DNA from: Vicugna vicugna
Lineage: Eukaryota
Length of the DNA stretch: 64,000 nt
Direction: 5' to 3'
Assembly (NCBI GenBank): GCA_013265495.1
Contig: MU057887.1
Location: forward strand, 2,575,576 to 2,639,575
The notes beneath the pieces were generated by a model. The model was not told where the DNA came from and did no database searches. It worked only from the letters and a program-made list of their open reading frames with translations. Within the stretch, counting starts at the first letter, position 1, and every line of letters starts with the position of its first letter. A program made the position numbers and the translations under genes. This document shows positions 25,301-37,035 of the stretch, piece after piece.

Positions 25301-27586
25301 CACGTGCACTCCACCTGCTGAACAGGTGTGGTTGCCCCCAGGGAGAGAGCCTGACTCCTTCTGCCTCCCATCACTCCCACGAGGTCACCTACAGACACAG
25401 TCCCAACAGGTCCTGAGTCTTTCACTAGGGCTGGCGCTGGCTCTGCTGAGGAACCACTGGGACAGAATTACACCTGAGAAAGGTTTACCACCGACAACAT
25501 TGTAATCAGCCTGTGAGCTATACCATTTGCTGCTGTGTTCATGGTATTCTGTCCCCAACCCTCCATCAGGCCAGGAAGGAAGGAGGGCAAAAGGCATGTC
25601 ACCAGCAAGGGGCCTCGGACCAGTCGTGAGCATCTCTCACCTCCTACCCGAGGGCTGCAGGGAAGCACCTGCTGGGCTGGTGTAATTACATGTGGCGCTT
25701 TTGTGAAAACACATGGAGAGACTCCCAGCTTCACCTCCTAAGAAAAGAGCTTGGAGGTCATTACTCTAGTTTTCACGATAAGAAAAAATGGAGTAAACTG
25801 AAAAATCAATCACTCAACTCCATCGGAGAGTTGAGGTCCCAGGGAAAACTATCTCCCTGACAACTGGAGAGACAGGGGAGGCTGAGCGTCACAGCTGAGG
25901 TCAGCCCCCTGGGAGCAGGAGCCAGTGGAGCCCGGAACTGGCAGGACACTTAAACAGTGATTGATGGACCTCTGGAAGGGGGGGTGCGGGCTCACCAGGG
26001 GCTCAGTCTTTTCTAGACTTTACCTCCAGCAGCTCCAGCTTGGTCTCAAGCGAAGATCTGAAGATGAAAGAAATATTAGTTATCAGGGAAGGACAAGGGA
26101 AAAGTAACCGAATACACGCGGTAGGTTTGCTCAGTACCAAGCCTGCCCTCACGGGGAACCACTTTACCAGAGCCTGATGTGACCTCTCGGCCTCTAGTCT
26201 CACTAAGCGGAGAATAAAAAAAGACTGAAAACACTCTGAGGGTCACAGCTCAAGAACTTAGGCACAATAACGAAACCTGAAATTTCATCATAAGACCGTA
26301 GAACACGTCCCGACCCAGTGCCTTACCACCGGCAGGGCTCCGATATGATAGCAGGGGTGACAGCGGAAGGAGCTGCAGACCACAGACTCTATTTAACAAA
26401 CTCTTAGGTAAACCCAAAGACAACAGGAGAGGACACAACAAATGAACAAGGAAATCAGAAGCACTACGCACAGCCCAGCCCCTAGGCAGAGTAACGTAAA
26501 ACCTTACACGAAAGCCTGGCGTCCTCAGTCCCTATTACCAGCTGCACCATTTCCATCTTTCTAGAAAAAAATGGAGAGTCTTGCCAAAAGCCAAGGGAAA
26601 CACAGTCTGAGGAGACAAAGGTAGGCATCAAACCCTGACTCAGATACTGCACAGAAGCTGGGATTATCAGGCCCGGGATCTAAAACATCCCTGATTAAGG
26701 CTCTAGTGGAAAAAGAAACAACGTTCAAGAACAGGTGGGCGATTTAACAAAAGAGACCAGAAATCTGAGGAAGTCAAAGGGAAGTGACAGAAATCAGAAA
26801 CACTTTAACAGAAATAAGGAAATGCCTCTGGTGAGCCATCAAAATAGAGCAGACGTGGCCAAAGAAAGCATAGATGATCTTGAAAATGGGTCAATAAGAC
26901 TTTAACACTGAAATCCAAAGAGAAAAAGTATATGAAAAAAAATGGTACAGAATATCCAAGAACTATGAGACAACCACAAAGGGAGTTGAATGTGTATAAT
27001 GGGAATAGCAGAATGATAAGTAAAAGAGAGGCTAGAAAATAAGAAATATTTGAAGTAATTCTGGCTAAGGATTTTCCAAAATTAGTAACAGATACCAAAC
27101 CATAGATCCAGGAAGCTCAGGAAACACTCAGTAAGATAAATACCAAAACTCTACACACAGGCATGTTATATACAAACTGCAGGAAATCAAGAGAAACTCT
27201 TGAAGGAAACCAGAAAGAAAAAAAAGCTTACCCTTTGAGGAATAAAGATAAGAAATATATCAGAATTCTAATCAGAAACCATGCATGTAAGAAGAGATTG
27301 GAGTCAAATATTTAAGGTGTTGAAAGTAGAATCTACCAACCTAGATTTCTGCATTCAGCATAAGTATCCCTCAAATGTAAAGGAGAAATCCTTTCTCAGA
27401 CCACAAAACATGAGGGAATTTGTCAACAGAAGACCTGCCCTCAATAAATGCAGAAGACATTTTTCAGAGAGAAAGAAAGTTATACAGATCAGAATTTCAG
27501 ATCTACATAAAGAACATCAGAGAAAAAAATAGGTAAAATAAAATTCTTTATTTTTCTTATTCTTCATTTTAAGAAACAACTGTTCA

Positions 27587-27699
27587 TCCTGGGATCAGTC
27601 CCCAGAATCTCCATCAAAAAGTAAGTAAACAAACCTAATTACCTCCCCCTGTGAAAGGAAGGAAGGAAGGAAGGAAGGAAGAAAGAGAGAGAGAAAGAA

Positions 27700-27778
<79 letters not shown>

Positions 27779-27856
27779 GAAGGAAGGAAGGAAGGAAGGA
27801 AGAAAGGAAGGAAGGAAGGAAGAAAGAAGGAAAGAAAGAAGGAAAGAAAGAAAGAA
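27587..27856 (+). mobile_element. 5'-truncated vic-1-like SINE with expanded (GAAA/GGAA)n tail
   Basis: tcctgggatcagtcccc...aaacctaattacctccccc. Target-site duplication aagaaa(c/g)aactgttca at 27571-27586 and 27848-27863. Confidence 0.85.
27652..27856 (+). repeat. Compound (GGAA)n/(GA)n/(GAAA)n pure-purine microsatellite
   Basis: About 200 bp of only A and G. Confidence 0.97.
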
Positions 27857-29785
27857 CTGTTCAAAGTAATAGTAGAAACAATGTATTAGGTCATTATAAC
27901 ATATGAATGACAGCAATGTTATAAAAAATGGGAGGGAAGAATTCATAATACTCTGTTATAAGAAACCTACACTGCCCATGTGGTGATGACATAATGCTGT
28001 CTGAAGGTGGCCTTAGATTAGTTGTAAATGTCTATTGCAAATTCTAGGAAAACCATTAATTAAAAAAAACATAATTGAAATGTTAATAGAGAACAGAAAA
28101 TAGAATAATAAAATACTCAGTTAAAACCAGGGAAAGCAGGAAAAAAAAAAGAGAGAGAGTAAGATTTTAAAAGAATGGAAACAACTGACAAATGCAATGA
28201 ATAGAAAAGAGTTTCAAACATGGTAAATATTAATCCATTTGTGCCAATAATGACTTTAAGTGTGAATATTCTGAATAAGCCAATTAAAAGGCAAATACTG
28301 TCAGAGTGGATTCAAAAAAGACCCAACTACATATTACATACAGGAAGCCTAGTTTAAAAAGAGACACTGATATATTAAAAAATCAAGGGATGGAGAAAGA
28401 TATACCATGATGATACTTACCAAAAGCTTGAATAGCTATATTAATTTTAAACAAAGGCAAGTGGGAAAAGGTGTCAGGAATAGAGAGAAGTATTACATAA
28501 CAATGAAAAGATCAATTCTTCACAGATACTGAAGAATCTAACAACAGTGTCAAAACATGTGAGGTTAAAAACTGACACAACTATAAGGAGAAACAGACAA
28601 ACCCACTTTTAAGAGGTGGAAAATCAACACCCCTCTATCAGTAACCGATAGGTCCTGCAGGCACAAAATCAGAAAGGACATAGTTGGACTGAACAGCGCT
28701 ATCTATCAACTGGACCTAATTGACGTTTATAGAACACTTCACCCAGCAGCAGTAGAATACCTATTCTTCTCAAGTTCATGTGGGGCATTAACCAAGATAC
28801 ACAGTCCGGACCATAAAGCACACCTTAATACATTTAAAAGAATACAAACCATAGAAAGTATTCTCACACACCACAGTGGAATTAAACTTGAAATCAATAA
28901 CAGAAAACTAGCTGGAAAATCTCAAAATATTTAGAGAGTAAACATTACACTTGGATCAAACAAATCTAAAGAGAAATTTTTAAACATTTCTAAATGCTTA
29001 GAGGGAAATTTATAGCATTGAATGCACATATCAGAAAAGAAGAAAGATGGGAAATCAATCATCTGAGCTACTACCATAAGAAACTCTTTAAAGAAGAGCA
29101 AATCAAATCTAAGGTAAGCAGAAGAAAAGAAATAATAAAAGCCAGAGCAGAAATCGTAAACCTGAAAACAGGAAATAGAGAAAATCAATGAAACTAAAAG
29201 CCGGTTCTTTGAAAAGATCAATAAAAGTGATAAAGTTCTATCCAGGCTAAACAAGAAATAAAGACAGACACAAATTACTGATATTTGAAATGAAAGAAGA
29301 ATAATCACAAATGATCCCATGGATGTTAAAATGTGGGTGAGGGGATACGGTGAACTGCTCTGTGCTCCCTGCTAGGCAGCAAGTCTAGTCTCTCACCACT
29401 TCTATCCAGCATTGTACTGGGAGTCCTGGCTAATGCAATAAGACAAGAAAAAAAAAAGTAAAATGTATATAGGTTGGGAAAGAAGAAATAAAATGGTCCT
29501 TGTTTACAGATGATGATTGTCTATGCAGAAATTTTAAAGAAGCACACAGACCTTACTTCATTGAGAACAATGACAACAAAAAACTAACTCAAAATGGACC
29601 ATAGACCTAAGTGAAATGCTCCCAAACGTCTAGACAATAACATAGGACAAAATCTGGGAAACCCTGGGTTTGTAGATGGCTTTTTAAACACAAGTGTGTC
29701 CATGAAATAATTAATCAGTTGGGTTTTGTGGAAAGTGAAATCTTCTACTATGCAGAAGACACTGTTAAAAGGATGAAAAGACATG

Positions 29786-29820
29786 ATTCTCAAAATATAC
29801 AAACAGCTAATACAGATTAA

Positions 29821-29862
<42 letters not shown>

Positions 29863-30338
29863 AAGAACAGAAAAATCAAAAAATGGGCAGAAGATCTAAA
29901 CAGACATTTCTCCAAAGAAGACATGCAGATGGCCAACAGACACATAAAGAGGTGCTCAGTATCACTAATTATTTAAGAAATGGAAATCAAAACCACAATG
30001 AAGTGTCACCTCACACCAGACAGAATGGCCATCATTAAAAAGTCTACAAATAATAAATACTAGAGAGGGTGTGGAGAAAAGGGGGCCCTCCCACACTGCT
30101 GGTGGGAATGTAGACTGGTGTAGCCGCCATGGAGAGCAGTATGGAGGTTACTTTAAAAACTAAAAATGGATTTACAATATGATCCAGCAACCCCACTCTG
30201 GGGCATACATACGGAGGGAACTCTAATTCAAAAGGACACCTGCACCTCAGTGTTCATAGCAGCTCTATTTACCATAGCCAAGACTTGGAAACAGCCTGAT
30301 TGCCCATCGACAGACGACTGGATAAAGAAAATGCAAAC

Positions 30339-30369
<31 letters not shown>

Positions 30370-30737
30370 ATGGAACACCACTCTGTCATAAGAAAGAATG
30401 AAATAATGCCACTTGCAGCAACATGCATGGACCTGGAGATTATCATACTAAGTGAAACAAGTTAGACAGAGAAAGATAAATATCATGTGGTATCACTCAC
30501 GTGTGGAAGCTTAAAAAAAAAGAAAAAGAAAAAGAAAAAGAAGCAAATTCTATTTACAAACACAAAACAGACTCATGGACATAGAAAACCAACTGTGGTT
30601 ACCAGAGGGGACAGGGCGGGGAGGGATAAATGAGGGCTTGGGGACTGCAGACACACACGACTGTACATAAAATGGGAGAACAACAAGGACCTACTGCAGT
30701 GCCCAGGGAGCTGTGTTCACTTTCTTGTAACGATCTC
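29786..30737 (+). mobile_element. Younger LINE-1 3' part with internal A38 and (CA)n, no terminal poly-A
   Basis: ORF2 C-terminus (YDPATPLWGI...FIAALFTIAKTWKQP...MDLEIIILSE). A38 at 29823-29860 and (CA)n at about 30337-30369. Confidence 0.92.
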
Positions 30738-33549
30738 ACCTCCGCCTTCTCACGGGCTCAGCGGCGGCACCTGCCTCTGGGGCTGCGACGGGACCAGGAA
30801 GGCACCGCCTGCAAAACACTCCCAACCCGGCCCGGCCGAGGGCCGCCCCTCTTTCGTGTTATTTTTTAGGTGCAAAGAAACCTCTAGAAGAAGATACACA
30901 CCCAAAAGGTGGTGGGTTTTTCTTAAGCGACTGATTAGGCATTATTTTCTTTTCACTTTTTCTTCATTTTCCATCGTGTGCATGAAATACCTTTTCAGTT
31001 GGAGGGAAAAACTAAAACCTTAAGAAATGAAGCAAGTGGCGCAGAGCCAGGCGCCCGGCGAGGGGCGGGCGGGGCAGGCGGGTGGGAGCCGGTCCTGCTC
31101 AGAGCGGAGCCGCCGCCCGCCCCCCGGGGCTGAGCGCCCCTCCTCTGCTGATAAACCTGCCCCGAGCCCCTCCGTCCCCTGTCCGGAGCTGCCTGCAGTG
31201 AGACCCCGCCCCAAGGACCCGCCAGGGCCCCGCCGCCAACAGCTTTCCAGCGCGCCCTCCGCTCGGCTGCACAGCAGCCCGGGGCGGGGTGGGGGGCAGC
31301 AAGCTTCTGGCCGGCTTCTCACACTCTGGGGTGTTTCTGCTCCTGTGTTAAAGTCTGAAGAGCCTGCCCCCACCAGGCACGATTCTGATCCCCATCACCG
31401 CTCCTTGGGACTCGTGTGGCCCCAGGGGTTGAGCAAACCCTTGATCAGGGTCACCGGAGGGCCGGCCTCTCCCCTCCCGCCACCTGCAGCCTCGCAGACT
31501 CCCCAGGGGCCCTGACCGCCTGTCAGGTCAGAGCTGACGGGAGGACGGGGGGCCTGAGGCTCCGTTCCAGGTTGCTGACGTTCAGTGGACTTTCAGGTTC
31601 AGAGGACACAGGGCGGGATGTGCCTCGGACTCCCACCCCACACCCACGGGGACCCAGGGCAGCACAGGTGGCCCTCCTCTGCCCCACCCCCGCCCTGTGC
31701 CCCTGCAGGGCAGCGCTGGGCTGTCTGTGTGTCTCTTAACACAGCTGACTGGACAGGAACACATTTTGATGGGGGAACCATGCATTAAACCAGAACGTCC
31801 TCTTTGGAGAATCCCTCAGTGTCATCGCTTCCATCCATTGCCTTCGAATTCTGTGAGGAGGGATGAGGACAGGGTGGGCTTGCGTACCTGCGGAACCAGG
31901 GCAGAACTTCCTCTGTCCCCTGCCCCTCACAGCTAGCAACACTACAATATTGAGGACGTACCCGGCCTTTTCTGACACACAGTGAGCCCGTCTCGGCTGA
32001 GGAAGGGCAGGGACTCGGTGTGGACCACGCAGGCTGCGCACGGAACCCTCCATCCACCTGGGGAGGTGGGGGCCAGCTGCTGCAGATCCTGGGGTCTGGA
32101 TGGGCTCTGTCTCGCTCTCTGCGTCTCCCAGCTGGATTCCTCTCAGATGCTGCTCCCCAGGGCCCACAGGGATGGCCAGCAGGGATGGCCGGCAGCCACT
32201 CGAGACCCTCACCTCGCCAGCTCTGTGATCCTGGCAGGAACTGGGAGAGGAAGCGGTTCTCAGCAACACCGGCCAGACCGGGCCTGATCTTACATGGTGT
32301 CACCAGCCCCAGTACGAGCATCACGGCCAGGAGCAGTGGCCGCCCTGGGTCTAAGGCCCACCCGGGCTCCATGGAGGAGTCAGCCGCACCTGAACCACAG
32401 AGGCTGAGCAGACGCATGGGCCCATCGTGACCCTTGTGACGGCCGGAGCAAGGGCCCAGTATCCCTGCTCCAGAACGTCACGAGATAGGCTCCCTCACTT
32501 TTTGCCTGTTTGCTCCTCACTTTGTGGGAGGGACGTGAGGCAACAGAGCCACCGAGAGGATCCTCCTGGGCTCAGCCTGGCGGACAGAGTGGGAGGCGCC
32601 TCCGTGTCCACCCTGTGTGTCCAGCGCCCGGCAGGGGCCAGGGCCACGTGGCAGGAGCTGATACCGGGTGCGGTGCACATGGAGGCAATGCCGTAGACAG
32701 TGGAGCCAGGGCCCGTCCAGGCCCAGCTCCGGGGTCTGCATGTCAGACCCCAAGTGTGCCAGGTTGGGGAGCCCCTGGACCCGAGCCTCATCACGTGGTC
32801 TCTGCCCCCAGGTCCTGAGAAGTTCCCACCCGCTTGGAAGGAAGGAGGGGACGCTCAGATGGGGTTTAGTGGGGAAACTGTCTTGCCAGGGTGTCTGTGT
32901 TTAATGGACAGTCATTTACTGAAAAGGGAGAAACTGTCCTGCCAGTGGTTTTTATAGCCACGGCTCTGGCAGCCCTTTTGCGGATAAATGGTTAAGAGCT
33001 ATTTTTCCATAAATTAAAATAAACAAGAGAGGAAACGCCATAAAATTTGTCAGGAGGCTTCGGAATCGTGCTGTTTTCAAACTGCACCCGTTGGGGCGAG
33101 CTTGGAGCCAGACGGCACCCCGGTGCTGCAGAGGCGGGCAGCCCGCAGACCTCTCCCCCGGCCACGGGGACGCTGACCTCTTGTGACTGCCCAGCCCGGT
33201 GTCCCTGGAGTGTGAGCTGCCCCCTCACAGGGACAGGGAAATTTCAAATAATACAATAGACGCCACACCCTGAGTGCAGACGAAGTTCCGAAGCTGGGGC
33301 TACCACGCCATCCCCCCAGCTTGGGCAGTGAGGGCATCCTGCCCCGCTGGTGGACAGGCCTGGGGGCCACTGAGGGCAGCAGCTGGCAGTGTCCCCGACA
33401 GTCAGCGGACAGACACAGACCGGCTCACTGCCAGGGGCCACCGGGTACCCGGACGGCTTCCCACCCCCGCCAGTGGGCACCGGCCCTGTCCCAGACAGTC
33501 GAAGCAACTCCCACAGCAAACCTCTCAGGTTGGGAGCACGGTTCCCACA

Positions 33550-33640
33550 TTGTAATTGAGGGATGCTGGAGCTCAGAGGGGTGAGGACAGCTGCCCGGGG
33601 TCACACAGCGGGCATTTCAGCAGGCTGGCCCGGGCCGCAC
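33550..33640 (-). mobile_element. MIR relic
   Basis: attgagggatgctggagctcagaggggtgagg...tgcccggggtcacacagc. Confidence 0.5.
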
Positions 33641-35874
33641 CACTCAACTGCACAGCCCGTGTGCATCCCCGCTGCCTCGTCAGAGGGCGGGTTGACGGCT
33701 GGTTCATGGACCAGCTCATGCGTCTAAGGGCCTCCTGGCTCGTGGACACAAACTTACAGCAAGGAGCACCGGATGGACAGTGTGTCAGGTTCCAAACCTG
33801 CACGACCAGACCACAGGGGCTGCTGTGTCCCAGCCCCTGGTCCTGGGTGTGGCCTGGAGAGAGGAGGTGGGATGGGGGCAGGGGAGCGGGGAGGGAGGGC
33901 ACCACCTTCAGCTGGCTCAGGAGTGGTTCCTGCAGATCTGGTTCCTGGATCACTTCGGAGCCGTGGTCCTCAGCCCTCAGCACAGCCCAGGACTCGCACC
34001 CCCGGGGCGTCACCCCCCTCACCCTTGAGGCTCAGGTCCCCTCCTGAGAAAGGCTTGGAGAAGCCGTTCACCTCGTGAGGGAAGGGCCCAGCCCCAGAGC
34101 CGACCTGTGCCCCCCACCCCCATCTCCCTGCGGCCTCTCCTCGCCTGTCCTCACCTGCCCACTTCCAGGGCGTCGGCCCATCACACCTCACCTGCTCAGG
34201 ACGCTGCTCCGCCGGCTGCGCGGTCTCCATCAGGCTGGGGCCTCGCTCCGCCCGCGGGGAGTGGAGAGCAAGTGGCGGCAGGGCCCCGTCAGAGGCCCCG
34301 GTGTCCCGGCGACGGCGGGCCCTGGATGTCCCCTGAAGGAAGGAGCAGTCCCGGGCTAGGACTTGCCAGCCAAATGTGAAAAGACGTTCCCTCTCAGATG
34401 AACTGTGAAGCGAACGCTCTGGAGCCCGCGTCCACTTCCCGCGCCCCGCCTCCCGCGCAGCCGAGACCGCTGACAGTCTTGTCGGGGATAAACTGCAGAC
34501 TGCATTTCTCACATCAAAATGCACAGCTAGTGATACTTAACGCTGAAGACATATCTCCTCCGGCAACGAATACAGTCAGAAATTACTCACTGAGCTTAAC
34601 CGAGGAGAGAGCGATGGTGGGGAGATGGACTGCATAAATTCAGAAGTGTGGGGCAGCAGCCGCCATTTACCAACACTTCATCTCCTGGCGGGGACGAGTG
34701 ACCTTGCTTCAGCAGTTTTACTGGGAGCAGAAGCTCCAGAGGCCCCTCTACCCCCAACCCCACCTGTGCTGTTCCGGCGGCAAATGGCACGTCTGCTGTC
34801 GTTTTCCCGATGTTTTCTTTAACCCGGGAAAGCGAGAAAAATGTGGGGGGAAGGGCCCCCTGAAAAACTGCCCCTGGAACATACAGAAATTCAGGTCATT
34901 TAAACAGGCTTCAGTTCATAAAGGGAAATGAAAGCAATTTAATTGTGAGGGGCCAAGGTTTCCCCCAACAGGAGCTGGGGACCCGGGAGGATTGCATATT
35001 GGAGAGGGGAATTGGGGGGCCCGGTACCTGGCAGGCATAACCAAATTAAATCCATCCATTCCTGCCAGGATCAGACATGAACACCTGCTCTGCACTAGGC
35101 CGACCTCGGGGCGGTGGGGGGTGGGGGGGGGGCGGGCAGAGGAGGAAGGACGCAGCCCCTGGCCAGGGGGAGCTGGCAGTCTAGGGGCAGAGATGCTGGT
35201 AAGTGACAAACATCACAGTTAAAGGGGCGTGACTGTCCTCAACATGCCAGCCCCAGGCTCTTCGTCCCTTCTCGCTCCCCGAGGGGCACAGGTGCTGCGT
35301 CCCCCAGGTGTGGACAAGCAGATGGAGGGCAGGGGATCTGGCTGGACCAAGGGCCGCCTCATGCTCGTAACTTCTGAGCTGAAGACAGGCTACTGCGCTT
35401 GGCCACAGCCGTCTTGCACCCCAAACACAATGGGTAATGGCTTGGAGGGCAGTTACCAGGTGCAGACAGACCCAAGGACGGGGTGAGGATGCCGTGAGAT
35501 CGGGGCCTGGGCCCCTCCCAGATGTGCTGCCTGGAGCTGCAAAGCCAGCCTCCCTCCGCTTCTCTCCAGAGTGATGTCACACTTGCTGCAAATAAGACGT
35601 CTGATTCTCGGCCTCCAGCATCCTTCCTCTACACCTTCCTCTGAGATGAAGGAAAACAGTCACATAAAACTTTAGGTTGACGTTATTTTTCCTCAATGTG
35701 ACTTCCTGATTTTGTGCTCCCCCTCAGTGGGACACGGGGGAATCGGGCATTCTGGCTGCCCAGGTTCTGCCTCACCTCCAGCCTTCCAGATTTTCCCAAT
35801 TTTAGTTCTTTCATTTTTACATGGTCAAGGTTTACAAAGGTGATCTTCATTCTGACACAGTAGCTCACACAACA

Positions 35875-36449
35875 TTTTTCATTTTGTCCTAATTATTTTG
35901 CGCTGAAGTGTAATTGATTTACAACGTTCTATTAGTTTCAAGTGTACAGCATCGTGATTCAGTTATACACATACATACATTCTTTTTCATATTCTTTTCC
36001 ATTACAGGTGATTACAAGATATTGAATATAGTTCCCTGTGCTCTACAGTAGGTCCTTGTTGTTTATCTATTTTATAGACAGTAGTGGGTATGTGTTAACC
36101 TCAAACTCCTGATTTATCCACCCCCCAACCACCTCTTTTCCCTTTGGTAACCATAGTTGGTTTTCTACGTCCACGGGTCTACTTCTGGTCTGTAAGTAAG
36201 TTCACTTGTGTCAGTTTTTTTTTAGATTCGACATATAAGTGATATCATATGATATTTTTCTTTCTCTGTCTGACTTACTTCACTTAATATGACCATTTCT
36301 AGTCCCATCCTTGTTGCTGCAAGTGGCATTATGTCAGTGAAGTTAAGGAAACAATACCATTTACCATCACAACAAAAAGAGCAAAATACCTAGGAATAAA
36401 CTTACCTAAGGGGGAAAAGACCTGTACCCAGAAAACCACAGGACACTGT
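35875..36449 (-). mobile_element. LINE-1 3' end (minus) fused to an inverted ORF2 reverse transcriptase fragment (36337-36449, plus)
   Basis: Reverse 3'UTR up to gcaagtggcattatgtca, then a plus-strand frame EVKETIPFTITTKRAKYLGINLPK. Confidence 0.88.
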
Positions 36450-37035
36450 TAGCTTCTGGTGTGCAGCCAAGTGATTCAGTTACACATACGGATTCTTCTC
36501 CATTATAGGTTATCATGACATATTGAATACAGTTCCCCGTGCTGCACAGCGGGTCCCTCCGCCCTACCCCTTCCCCTTGGTAAGCATAATTTGTTTTCTA
36601 TGTCTGTGGGTCCCTTTCTGGTTTGTAAATAAGTTCATTTGTATCTTTTTTTAGATTCCATATATAAGTGATATCATACGATATTTGCCTTTCTCTGCCC
36701 GACTCAGTTCACTTAGTATGATAATCTCGAGGTCCATCCATGTTGCTGCAAATGGCATTATTTTATCCTTTCTCATGGCTGAGTAGCAGTCCATCGTATA
36801 AACATACAACCGCTTCTTCATCCAGCCATCTGTCAACGGACAGCCAGGTTGTTTCCATGTCCTGGCTATTGTAAGCAGCGCTCCTATGAACATTGGGGTG
36901 CACGTATCTTTTTAAATTAGAGTTCCCTCCAGATATACGCCCAAGAGTGGGATTGCTGGCTCAAGCAGTAACTCTTTTTAGTTTTTAAGGAGCCTCCACA
37001 CTGTTCTCCACAGCGGCCCCACCAATCACATTGCG
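36448..37035 (-). mobile_element. Second LINE-1 3' fragment
   Basis: Minus-strand ORF MFIGALLTIARTWKQPGCP...IMPFAATWMDLEIIILSE. Confidence 0.92.

Larger units (their letters stand above)
25730..29785 (+). mobile_element. Old LINE-1 with 5' region, decayed ORF1 and internally deleted ORF2
   Basis: ORF1-like peptide (RRDWSQIFKVLK...REFVNRRPAL) and ORF2 peptide LRGKFIALNAHIRKEER...KVSRRKEIIKARAEI, with collinearity jumps near 29370 and 29560. Confidence 0.9.

Noticed and set aside
27595..27946. Lys/Glu/Arg-rich and Phe/Leu/Ser-rich ORFs
   Set aside because: Translations of the (GAAA)n SINE tail.
24159..32927. Shared 12-mer TTACTGAAAAGG in two AT islands
   Set aside because: On the order of a hundred chance 12-mer repeats are expected in 64 kb, so it is not significant alone.
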